Below are positions 9,987-18,562 of a DNA stretch of 64,000 nt, piece by piece (the first letter of the stretch is position 1; the number at the start of each line of letters is the position of its first letter). The position numbers and the translations under genes are program-made. The stretch is from Planctomycetota bacterium (GTDB taxonomy: Bacteria > Planctomycetota > DG-23 > JAZDKG01). Below the pieces are notes generated by a model that saw only the letters and a list, made by a program, of their open reading frames with translations, ran no database searches and was not told the origin of the DNA. The stretch is from assembly GCA_043803205.1 (NCBI GenBank), contig JAZDKG010000116.1, positions 31,316 through 95,315 of the forward strand, written 5' to 3'.

Positions 9987-10189
9987 TGAGACACGTAACC
10001 GCTCATGGCCTTAAGAGGCCGTCTTTAGATCATCCCCCGCTCCTGCGCGGCCTCAAACCGAGGCTGTCCATGCACGATAGAGTTTACCCCCTTGTCTCTT
10101 CCGCCAGGAAGGGGGACCGGCGCTGTCCGTGCGATACCTGCGGGATAGCAGGTGTTCAACCCAGCGTGGAGAAATCCGTATGGTCTCCC

Positions 10190-11389
10190 TCACGCATATT
10201 CCTTCCAGGCCTCCACCATACAGAGAACCTTTTTCCAGGGAACACCGGCGTAGATACCGGGGATGGGATGGAGGATAAACCCCCCGCCCGGGGACATCAG
10301 CTCCAGCGTTTCCCGGACGACTCGATGGATCTCTTCTGGAGACGCGTTCGCCAACATCACGTCGCAATTGATCCCCCCCATCAACGTCTTCACATCGCCC
10401 AGCTCTCGCTTGAGGCGGGCGAGATCCTCGCCGCCCTGAACGGGATCTATGTCTCGGAAGACGTCCACTTTCATCGTCCGGTAGATGTCCGCGAGTTGCG
10501 TCACTCCTTCGCTCTGCTGCTGGCTGAGAAGAGCGCCGGCTTGATGCACGATCTCGCCCTCCTCGTCCATGAGAGGCTTGAGGTACCTCTGGAAGTAATT
10601 CCGGCCCCAGAAATCCGGCGTGTCGTAGTAGCCGAACCGCGTAACCATATCGACGCCGATCTCCAGCACGCGGCCCAAGATGGCGATCTGCCAGTCCTGG
10701 ATGATCCGCAGGAACTCCGCGATGAATTCCGGATCGGACGCGAAGGTGCACATGGCTTCCTCCGCGTCCGTCAGCCAGAGCATCGCGGATCCGCAGTAGG
10801 TCCGCCGTGCGAGGAAAACGGCTTGGCGCTTCTGCGCCTCCCGCTTGGCGTAAAGAGCATCCTCTCTCCAGCTATCCAGAGCCATACCGGAAAGCGGTTG
10901 GAAGAGATAGCGCATCCTCTCCAGATCACCCGGGCACTTGATCAGGAACTCCACGCTACGGGAGGGGTTTACGTCCTCCAGCAGACCGACGCCGTCTATC
11001 AGATCGGCAAGGGGACCACGGGTGTTTCGGTTGATTTTGTGCCAGCTATACAGGTCCTCCGTCTCGCGGATCGCCTGGCGGAGGATGCCCGCTGGCGTCT
11101 CGTACTCCTTGTACAACACGCTCGCCCCCGTCACGCCATCCGCTTCTTTCCACTGGCGGACTCTCACGTCAGGGTGGAAGCTTGGATCCGGCAGCCAGAC
11201 CTCCACCATCGCATCGGTCCCGAGCGCCAGCAGATCGTCGGTTCGCTCGAACTGGTCCTGCCACCTTGCCACCGACGGGTCATAGGTGAGGTAGCTGGGG
11301 TGCACCTCCAGGTGCAGAGGCACATGGTCCGTCGGCTCGTGGGCACAGGCGGCCAAGATGCGCTCCCGGGATGTCATGGTGGTCTTCAT
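10190..11389 (-). CDS. Uroporphyrinogen decarboxylase (URO-D) family protein, paralog 2
   Basis: 399 aa. C-terminal '...WKEYA' parallels ORF 2849..3841, indicating paralogy. Confidence 0.45.
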   Translation of the reverse strand: MKTTMTSRERILAACAHEPTDHVPLHLEVHPSYLTYDPSVARWQDQFERTDDLLALGTDAMVEVWLPDPSFHPDVRVRQWKEADGVTGASVLYKEYETPAGILRQAIRETEDLYSWHKINRNTRGPLADLIDGVGLLEDVNPSRSVEFLIKCPGDLERMRYLFQPLSGMALDSWREDALYAKREAQKRQAVFLARRTYCGSAMLWLTDAEEAMCTFASDPEFIAEFLRIIQDWQIAILGRVLEIGVDMVTRFGYYDTPDFWGRNYFQRYLKPLMDEEGEIVHQAGALLSQQQSEGVTQLADIYRTMKVDVFRDIDPVQGGEDLARLKRELGDVKTLMGGINCDVMLANASPEEIHRVVRETLELMSPGGGFILHPIPGIYAGVPWKKVLCMVEAWKEYA

Positions 11390-11469
11390 CGGCAGAGTTG
11401 TCTTAACCGGATCATATTTCGGAGTCTGGTGCCGCGTCCTGCCTCTGGCGGCGCCGCGTCCCCCTCCCG

Positions 11470-11814
11470 CTACTTCGCCTTCACAACCTTGATCGCGTCG
11501 CCGTCCTTGACCTTGGCGAACTCATTCGGGTCGCCGTCCAGGGACCCGACGACGTTCACGGGGCTGTACGGCGTCTGCCCGAAGAAGATGCACAAGGCGT
11601 CTCCAGGCGGCCAGTACCCCAGAGCCCCCGAGGGGACCGAAGCCTGCGGATCCTCCTCGCCCGCCTTGACGGGTATGGAGAAGTAAACCTCCTTCCCCCA
11701 CCGGTTCGCCGTGGCCTCCACGGGGAGGATCGCGAGGATCTTCTTCGCGGTGCCGGACTCGTTCAGGGTGGCGGTCATGGAAACGGAGGAACTCTCGATT
11801 CGGATCTTCGCCAT
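11470..11814 (-). CDS. Cyclophilin-like fold protein (PF04126-like)
   Basis: Start trimmed to MAKIRIESS (ATG at 11812-11814). The pattern '...ALP...WGKEVYF...GALGYWPPGDALCIFFGQTPYSPVNVVG' matches the cyclophilin-like family consensus as I recall it. Confidence 0.55.
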   Translation of the reverse strand: MAKIRIESSSVSMTATLNESGTAKKILAILPVEATANRWGKEVYFSIPVKAGEEDPQASVPSGALGYWPPGDALCIFFGQTPYSPVNVVGSLDGDPNEFAKVKDGDAIKVVKAK

Positions 11815-11836
11815 GACGGGACCTTTCCGGAAAGCC

Positions 11837-13039
11837 TCACAGATAGTGGCCGAGCTTGGCGCGCTTAGTCTCGAGATACCGACGGTTCCACTCCGTGGGC
11901 TCGATGACCAGCGGCACCCGCTCCACGATCGACAGGCCATACCCCTCCAGGGCCACCATCTTCCGCGGGTTGTTCGTGAGAAGCCGCAGCTTGCGGATCC
12001 CGAGTTCCAGAAGCATCTGCGCCCCCAGACCGTAGTCGCGCTTGTCGGCCGGAAATCCCAGTTCCTCGTTCGCCTGGACCGTGTCGAGCCCCTTCTCCTG
12101 CTGCAGGAGATAGGCCTTGAGCTTGTTCTCCAGGCCGATCCCCCGGCCCTCCTGCCGCAGATAGAGCACCGCCCCCCGTCCTTCCTTCTCGATCATCTCG
12201 AGCGCCAGCCACAACTGCTGGCCGCAGTCGCACAGCGCGGACCCGAACACGTCCCCCGTGAGGCATTCGCTGTGCATGCGCACGAGTACCGGCTCCTCGA
12301 TGACGCGCGTACCCGCGTCGCCCTTCGTGAGAGCTAGATGCTGCGTCGCCTCGAAGGGCGAAGAGAATAGATGGAGGTCGAAGTCGCCGAAGTGCGTCTT
12401 CAGCGGCACCGACAGGTTCCTCCGGATGAGCTTCTCCGTGCCCAGCCGGTAGCGGATCAGCTCCGCGATCGTGACGATCGGGATGCCGTGGCTGCGCGCG
12501 AAAACCGCAAGGTCGCCCAGACGCGCCATCGTGCCGTCATCCTTCATGACCTCGCAGATGACGCCCGCCGGCCGGGTGCCCGCTATGCGCGCAAGGTCGA
12601 CGATCCCCTCGGTCTGGCCCGCGCGCATCAGCACACCCCCCGGGCTGGCGCGCAGGGGGAAGACGTGGCCGGGGCTGACCAGGTCCCCCGGACCCGCCCC
12701 CGGCCGGACCGCCGTGCGGATCGTGTGCGCGCGGTCGGCCGCGCTGATCCCGGTCGTCACACCGCACGCCGCCTCGACGGACACCGTGAAGGCCGTGCCG
12801 AACTTCGCCCGGTTGTCAGCCACCATCGGCGCAAGTCGCAGGGCGTCGCAGATCTCCGGGGCAAGAGACAGACAGATGAGTCCCCTTCCGAACTTCGCCA
12901 TGAAGTTGACCGCCTCCGGCGTGACCGCCTCTGCGAGCATGGCGAGGTCGCCCTCGTTCTCGCGGCTCTCGTCGTCGACGAGGATGATCATCTTCCCCGC
13001 CTTCAGAACCTCCAACGCGCTCTCGATCGAGGCGAACAC
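11837..13039 (-). CDS. ribBA: Bifunctional 3,4-dihydroxy-2-butanone-4-phosphate synthase / GTP cyclohydrolase II
   Basis: The N-terminal DHBP synthase half ('ILVDDESRENEGDL') and the C-terminal GTP cyclohydrolase II half ('CLTGDVFGSALCDCG', 'YLRQEGRGIGL') are both recognisable. Confidence 0.9.
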   Translation of the reverse strand: MFASIESALEVLKAGKMIILVDDESRENEGDLAMLAEAVTPEAVNFMAKFGRGLICLSLAPEICDALRLAPMVADNRAKFGTAFTVSVEAACGVTTGISAADRAHTIRTAVRPGAGPGDLVSPGHVFPLRASPGGVLMRAGQTEGIVDLARIAGTRPAGVICEVMKDDGTMARLGDLAVFARSHGIPIVTIAELIRYRLGTEKLIRRNLSVPLKTHFGDFDLHLFSSPFEATQHLALTKGDAGTRVIEEPVLVRMHSECLTGDVFGSALCDCGQQLWLALEMIEKEGRGAVLYLRQEGRGIGLENKLKAYLLQQEKGLDTVQANEELGFPADKRDYGLGAQMLLELGIRKLRLLTNNPRKMVALEGYGLSIVERVPLVIEPTEWNRRYLETKRAKLGHYL

Positions 13040-13052
13040 GGGCTGTCTCCTT

Positions 13053-13649
13053 TCAAGGACCTGCGTGGCCCTCCGTCTCCGGGATGCGGGCGTAATCCAT
13101 CTTCCTCCAGCCGGCCGCTAGGTAGTCGAGCGCGCTGGCGCACGTGGTGGCCGCCGTCCAGACGCAGACAATGAGGACGGCGTTGTGCGGGAGCTGGTCC
13201 GAAAACAGGATGACGAAGATCGTGACCACTTGGAAGAACGTCGTCGCCTTGCCGACGGCCGAGGGGTTGGGCTCGATCCGCCCCGTCGCGAAGCCTATGA
13301 CCCCGGACCCCAGCGCCAAAAACACGTCGCGCGCGATCACCACCACCGCTAACCACAGCGGCACGGCGATCCGCGGAGGAAGCACCACCTGCGGGCTGCT
13401 CAGGAGCAGGAACGCGCTGACCAGCAGAACCTTGTCCGCAAGAGGATCGAGAAACGCGCCCGCTCGCGTCTTCTGCCCGAACCGCCTCGCCAGCGCCCCG
13501 TCTAAGATGTCGCTCGCGCTGATGACGACCACCAGGCCCAGCAGAATCCCGAAGTGCTCCTCCATCTGGAAGACGAGCCCGATGAAGAACGGCACCAGGG
13601 CCAGGCGGAAAAGCGAGATCAGGTTCGGCCAGCTCAAGGAAGCGGTCAC
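13053..13649 (-). CDS. CDP-alcohol phosphatidyltransferase (PgsA-like)
   Basis: Carries the 'DILDGALARRFGQKTRAGAFLDPLADK' signature (D-G-x2-A-R-x8-G-x3-D-x3-D). Multiple TM segments. Confidence 0.8.
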   Translation of the reverse strand: MTASLSWPNLISLFRLALVPFFIGLVFQMEEHFGILLGLVVVISASDILDGALARRFGQKTRAGAFLDPLADKVLLVSAFLLLSSPQVVLPPRIAVPLWLAVVVIARDVFLALGSGVIGFATGRIEPNPSAVGKATTFFQVVTIFVILFSDQLPHNAVLIVCVWTAATTCASALDYLAAGWRKMDYARIPETEGHAGP

Positions 13650-13659
13650 GTCGCCGTCC

Positions 13660-14610
13660 TCACTTCGACACGCTTCGGTACCATTCGACGAAACGCGGGA
13701 TCCCCTCTTCGATGGGGATGCCCGGATTGTACCCTAAGAGGGCGCGCGCCTTCGAAACGTCCGCGCACGTGCGCCTCACGTCCCCGGGCTGCATCGGCAG
13801 GATCTTGCGCCGCGCGGGCTTGCCCAGCGCCTCCTCAAGAAGCTCGACAAGCCGCCCAAGCGTGGTGGTGCGCGATTCGCCGAGGTTGATGATCTCGAAA
13901 CGCAGCGGCGTATCGATCGCCGCCAAAAGCCCCTGCAGGATGTCCGTTACGAAGGTGTAGTCCCGCTCCGTCGACCCATCGCCGAAGAAAGGGATCTCCT
14001 GCCCCGTCTCGATGAGTCGCGTGAACGCGTGGATCGCCATGTCGGGGCGCTGTCGGGGCCCGTAGACCGTGAAGAAGCGCAGCGCCGTCACGGGAACCCC
14101 GTAGAGGCTGTGCCATGTCGCGCAGAGGAGTTCCCCGGCGACCTTGGTGGCGGCGTAGGGACTGACGGGGGAGTCCACCCGGTCGGCCTCCCGGAACGGA
14201 ACCTCGTTCGAGTTGCCGTAGACGCTCGAGGAGGAGGCGAAGACGAGCCGATCGACCTCGATCAAGCGCGCCAACTCCAGGATGTTCGCCGTCCCAAGAC
14301 AGTTGGTGCGGACGTAAAGCTGCGGGCTCGCAATCGACGGCCGCACCCCAGCTCGCGCAGCTAGGTGCACGATGATCCGGATCGACCGCCCACGCAGGGA
14401 GGCGTTCAGGAAATCCAGGTCGCAGATGTCCCCCTCGACCACGACGAGGCCGGGATGGTCGCGATGGCGCGCGAGATTCGCCCGCTTCACCCTCGGATCG
14501 TAGTAGTCGTTGAAGTCGTCGACGACGATCACCTCGTCGCCGCGCACTAGCAAAGCGTCCACCAGGTGGCTTCCGATGAAGCCCGCTCCGCCTGTGACCA
14601 GGACCGCCAA
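13660..14610 (-). CDS. NAD-dependent epimerase/dehydratase (SDR family, UDP-sugar 4-epimerase-like)
   Basis: N-terminal Rossmann motif 'VLVTGGAGFIGSHL'. Catalytic 'YAATK'. Confidence 0.8.
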   Translation of the reverse strand: MAVLVTGGAGFIGSHLVDALLVRGDEVIVVDDFNDYYDPRVKRANLARHRDHPGLVVVEGDICDLDFLNASLRGRSIRIIVHLAARAGVRPSIASPQLYVRTNCLGTANILELARLIEVDRLVFASSSSVYGNSNEVPFREADRVDSPVSPYAATKVAGELLCATWHSLYGVPVTALRFFTVYGPRQRPDMAIHAFTRLIETGQEIPFFGDGSTERDYTFVTDILQGLLAAIDTPLRFEIINLGESRTTTLGRLVELLEEALGKPARRKILPMQPGDVRRTCADVSKARALLGYNPGIPIEEGIPRFVEWYRSVSK

Positions 14611-14695
14611 GCCGATTCCTCCGTGGGCGCGAAAAAACGGGGTTCCGCAAGGAAATGATATCCCTGCCGAGACGAGCTTTCAAGCAAAGGGGACC

Positions 14696-17152
14696 TCACC
14701 GGCCCGAGACAGGGCAGCACGTGAAATCGTCGATCCAAGCGACGCCCTCGGACCGGTCGTCGTAGAACAGGAACTCGACCATGAGCTGCGCGGTATCGTC
14801 CTCGACGCGCGTGTCCACCGAGAGCTTCTGCCACTGGTCCCCCGTGGCCTTGCGGCCCCCGACCCCCCCCTGGTGACGCAGCCACCGCCCCTCGCGGTTG
14901 AAGGCGGTGAAGATGACGACGATGCTTCCCGCCTTCACGTCCGCCTGGTAGCTCACGCTCGCGCGATACGATTTCCCCGGCGTAACGTCGAACCGCTGGC
15001 GCAGCGACACGATCGACTTCGCCGCCGGCGCCTTGGTCAGACGGACGCTGGTCTTTCCGGAATGGCTCTTCGAGGCGTCCAGCATCACTCCCCCCGGATC
15101 CACCGTGTACTCCTCGGGAAGGTAATCGCCGCCCGCATTCCACCCGTCGGGAATGCCGTCTCCGTCGATCTCCGCCTCGAAGCTCGGATTCATGAGGACG
15201 TTCGCCCCCACCGCCTCCTCTCCCGGAATGGCGAGCTTCTCCGGATGGGACAGGATCTCCTTCATTTCCGGGATGGTCTTGTTATCGCCCGTGACGGCGG
15301 TCCGGTGGACCTTGAGCAAGCCAAGCTCCTCCATGAGTGCGAAGAAGCGCACAAAGGCGGCCTCTCGCAGCGCGTGGTCGCGTGGCGCGAAGTTGAGGAT
15401 GGCCAGATCTAGGCTCGCACGCGCGAGCTCCACCCGGCGGCGGACATTCGCGTCATCGGCGACCTTCGCCATGGCCGTCTCGAAAAGCGCGTCCATCTCC
15501 TCGATGGCCGACCACCTGAGTTTGGGCGCGAGGCTCCCGCTCTCGTGAACCCCCGGATACGCGGTGAACGTGGGACCGATCGTCTTCTCGTAGGAATCAA
15601 TTGATTCCACCTTGAGCGCGAACTCCGCCAACTCGCCGCCCGCGGCTCCGTAGTAGGTCGTGCAGAAGTCGCGGACGCCCGCCTGCCAATCGAACTCAGC
15701 GTCCCATAGCATCCGGCAGACGAGATAGGAGACGAGGGGCTGAAGGCCCAGCGGGACGGTGAAGTAACCCTGGGTCTCGGCGTTGCCGTAGGCGGGAAGG
15801 AGTTTGTCTCCGTCGAACGAGGCGTTGGAACGCCGGCTGGCGCCGGAACCGGCCTCGACGAACACCGTCCGGACGCCCTTGTCCCGGAAGATGCGGAAGT
15901 CTCCCGCCGTGGCGTGCATCTTCATGTGAGGCATGAGAATGTCGCTCTGGGTGTGATAGTACCAGATCCCGAGCATGGACGCGTTCGCCTGCCACTTGGA
16001 GAGCTGCCCCAGGAAATCGCGGTCCCGGTTCGGGTCGCACTCGTCGAACGCGTGGGCGCGGCAGTTGCTGATCGGACACCACACAACGCGCACCCTGGGA
16101 TGCATCGCGACCGAGGTCGGCGCAAACGTGATCCCATACGCCAGCGTCGAAATGATCGCCTGCGGATACTCCTTCGTCACGAGATCCGCAACCTTGTTGT
16201 CGAACTCCATGTAGGTCCCGGACAGTCCGACGCGCTCGTAAGAGGCGCGGCAGGCTTCGCACCGGCAGTAGTTGGCGTTGTCGGCGTGCCCCAGGCCTAC
16301 GAAGTGCGGGCCCGTGGTGCCGCGCAGCGAACGCTTGAGCACGTCCGCCATGTAAGCCACGAAACCGTCGTTCGTGAGACAGTACGCCCGTTCGTTGGGG
16401 TTCTCCTGACACGTGCGCTTCCCGTCGATCTCGGCATAGTACTCCGGGTGCTCCTCGTAGAGCGACTTCGGGATGTACGAGAACTGGTGCTCCGAGGAGT
16501 AGTTTCCGATCGTCGCCACCCGCGGATCGCTCATGAGCATCATCATCGACACCGTCCCCCCGTGCGCCTTGCACTCGTTGAGCCGGTTCCGAGCGGTCCA
16601 CGCCGCGTCCCAGTGCATGCACGGGTTCGTCGAGCGCCACGTGAACGCCGGCCTCTGACGGTCCCGGATCTCCGGCAGCGCTAGGTCCGACTGCTTGGGG
16701 ATCCTCATGCACCCGGGCGTGCACCACCGACATCCCAAGTGATCCTGAAGAAAACCATACATGCCGTTGATCGTCCCGCGCAGCGGGCCCCCCGCGATCA
16801 CAAGATGATTCCCCGCGGTGCGAATCTCATATTCGCCTTCGGCGAACCCGTCCGCTAACCCCGTAAGCCCCAGCGCCCCCAAGTGCGCGTTCTCCGCCCC
16901 AAGGATGATCTCGCACTCCCCCGCCGCCGAATCGTCGGTCACCACGGGGAAATCAGCCCCCGTCATCTCCTTGAGGACGCAGGCCAAGTCTTCCGCGACC
17001 GCGCGCGTGCTCACGTCCGCGCCCTCCGGCAGAACAATGCGGCACGCGCTCTGTCCCCCGGTCGCTAGGACCCGTTCGCCGGCGCGGACGGAGCAGGATA
17101 GAACAACGATAAGGGTCGCTAGACACACACCCAAGGGACAGAGACGTTTCAT
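14696..17152 (-). CDS. Secreted DUF4838-like glycoside-hydrolase-like protein with C-terminal CBM-like beta-sandwich
   Basis: Signal peptide (MKRLCPLGVCLATLIVVLSCSVRA). The ~550-aa N-terminal region resembles DUF4838/GH20b-like proteins from memory. The C-terminal ~150 aa looks like a galactose-binding-like domain. Confidence 0.45.
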   Translation of the reverse strand: MKRLCPLGVCLATLIVVLSCSVRAGERVLATGGQSACRIVLPEGADVSTRAVAEDLACVLKEMTGADFPVVTDDSAAGECEIILGAENAHLGALGLTGLADGFAEGEYEIRTAGNHLVIAGGPLRGTINGMYGFLQDHLGCRWCTPGCMRIPKQSDLALPEIRDRQRPAFTWRSTNPCMHWDAAWTARNRLNECKAHGGTVSMMMLMSDPRVATIGNYSSEHQFSYIPKSLYEEHPEYYAEIDGKRTCQENPNERAYCLTNDGFVAYMADVLKRSLRGTTGPHFVGLGHADNANYCRCEACRASYERVGLSGTYMEFDNKVADLVTKEYPQAIISTLAYGITFAPTSVAMHPRVRVVWCPISNCRAHAFDECDPNRDRDFLGQLSKWQANASMLGIWYYHTQSDILMPHMKMHATAGDFRIFRDKGVRTVFVEAGSGASRRSNASFDGDKLLPAYGNAETQGYFTVPLGLQPLVSYLVCRMLWDAEFDWQAGVRDFCTTYYGAAGGELAEFALKVESIDSYEKTIGPTFTAYPGVHESGSLAPKLRWSAIEEMDALFETAMAKVADDANVRRRVELARASLDLAILNFAPRDHALREAAFVRFFALMEELGLLKVHRTAVTGDNKTIPEMKEILSHPEKLAIPGEEAVGANVLMNPSFEAEIDGDGIPDGWNAGGDYLPEEYTVDPGGVMLDASKSHSGKTSVRLTKAPAAKSIVSLRQRFDVTPGKSYRASVSYQADVKAGSIVVIFTAFNREGRWLRHQGGVGGRKATGDQWQKLSVDTRVEDDTAQLMVEFLFYDDRSEGVAWIDDFTCCPVSGR

Positions 17153-17201
17153 CGTCGGGGACTCCCTTCGCTCATCACTTGGTTCTTGAAGCCGCAGCAG
17201 C

Positions 17202-18530
17202 CTACAGCGGAAGCTCGTTCCGGACGCTCCGCACCACGGGATAGATCCAGACGACCTCCCGGCGCGGCAAAACCATGGGGCTGTACGCCGGATTCGCGCT
17301 GGCTAGGATCACCCGGTCCTCCTGCGCCGACGCCAAGACCTTGCACGTGATTTCCCCGTCACGGATCTTGGCCACGACCTTCAGCCCCTCCGCTAAGGTC
17401 GTCCCGGGACTTACGATCACAATGTCCCCCGACCGCAGGTCGGGACTCATGGAGTCGCCCCGGATGCGCAGCCCAAACGCGTGGGGATCCGTGACGTCCG
17501 TGGGGGCTAGGACATACTCATCGGCGAAGCCCGCCGGATAGTCCCCATCCGTGAACTGCGCCGGGTCCCCCGCCGCCGTGTGGCTCAGGACCGGGATGAC
17601 CCGGAGGTCCACCTGCACCACGTTGCTCTTCTCCGCGGCCTGGATCGCCTCGCGCAGGCTCTGGATGCTGCGGGCGCGACGCGGATCCGCCGGCCCCGGC
17701 GCAAGAAGGTCTCCCTCCCTCTCAAGCAATTGCCCTGCGAGCCGCGCGACGACGGCGTCCGGGGAGCCTGCAAGCTCCGTTATGGCCTGCTTCGCGGCTG
17801 ACGCCGAAATCCGCCCCAGCGCCCGGACAGCGGCTTCCCGGACCCCGCCGTTCGAGTCGCCCTGCGCTAACCGAAGAAGTGGCTCGACGAACTCCGTCCG
17901 CGGACGCCGATGAGCCGACTCGACCGCCGCAAGACGCACCGTCCGGTCCGGGTCCGCGCAGGACCGCTCGAAAAGCTCGCGGGAGTTCTCCGCGGTGAGT
18001 TCCCCGACGGCTCGCGCCGCCTCTACCCGGACCAGCGGATGGGGATCGTCCTGGGCGGCCCGGATATCGTCCGCCGACCCGCTCCAGGATAGCCGCGCTA
18101 GAAGCGCACACGCAAGACGCCGCACGTCCCACGACGCGTGCTCGCGGAAGGGGCGCAGCCGTTGCGCCAACTGACGCTTCTCATCCGGGAGCGTCCACGC
18201 CGCGTTGAGTTCCGTCCCGATGATATCCAGAATCTGCCGCGCCCCCCGCAGGGTCTCGTCGTCCAACGGAAGCTGTTCGTGCAGAAACCGCTTGAAACGG
18301 TCCGGGATCCGCGAGAGGTCGGCGAGCGCCCCCAGTTCCCCCTCCGGAAGCTTGAGCGCCCGCTCCATTCGCGCGACCACGCCCGCGCTCGGGGGCCTCA
18401 CCTTCCCGCGCTCGACCATGTTGATATAGCTCCTCGTGACCCCGGCCAACCGCGCCAGCTCAAACTGCGTCAGCCCCCGTTCCCGTCGTCGTCGCCTGAG
18501 CTGGTCTCGAAACCGTTCGGTGGCAGCCAT
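17202..18530 (-). CDS. Transcriptional regulator: HTH_XRE + HEAT-repeat (PBS-lyase-like) + C-terminal S24 LexA/CI-like peptidase domain
   Basis: Start trimmed to MAATERF. HTH 'LTQFELARLAGVTRSYINMVERG'. Three to four HEAT repeats ('DPHPLVRVEAARAVGEL', 'DPDRTVRLAAVESA', 'GGVREAAVRALGRI'). S24 domain has 'GDSMSP' (Ser nucleophile) and 'KVVAKI' (Lys). Confidence 0.7.
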   Translation of the reverse strand: MAATERFRDQLRRRRRERGLTQFELARLAGVTRSYINMVERGKVRPPSAGVVARMERALKLPEGELGALADLSRIPDRFKRFLHEQLPLDDETLRGARQILDIIGTELNAAWTLPDEKRQLAQRLRPFREHASWDVRRLACALLARLSWSGSADDIRAAQDDPHPLVRVEAARAVGELTAENSRELFERSCADPDRTVRLAAVESAHRRPRTEFVEPLLRLAQGDSNGGVREAAVRALGRISASAAKQAITELAGSPDAVVARLAGQLLEREGDLLAPGPADPRRARSIQSLREAIQAAEKSNVVQVDLRVIPVLSHTAAGDPAQFTDGDYPAGFADEYVLAPTDVTDPHAFGLRIRGDSMSPDLRSGDIVIVSPGTTLAEGLKVVAKIRDGEITCKVLASAQEDRVILASANPAYSPMVLPRREVVWIYPVVRSVRNELPL

Positions 18531-18562
18531 GGATATCGCCTCCGGGAGAAAAACTGCGTCCG

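Noticed and set aside
10020-10040. Short palindrome ggcct-taag-aggcc between the sialidase start and the upstream URO-D gene.
   Set aside because: 5-bp stem without a following T-run on the sense strand. Insufficient for a terminator call.
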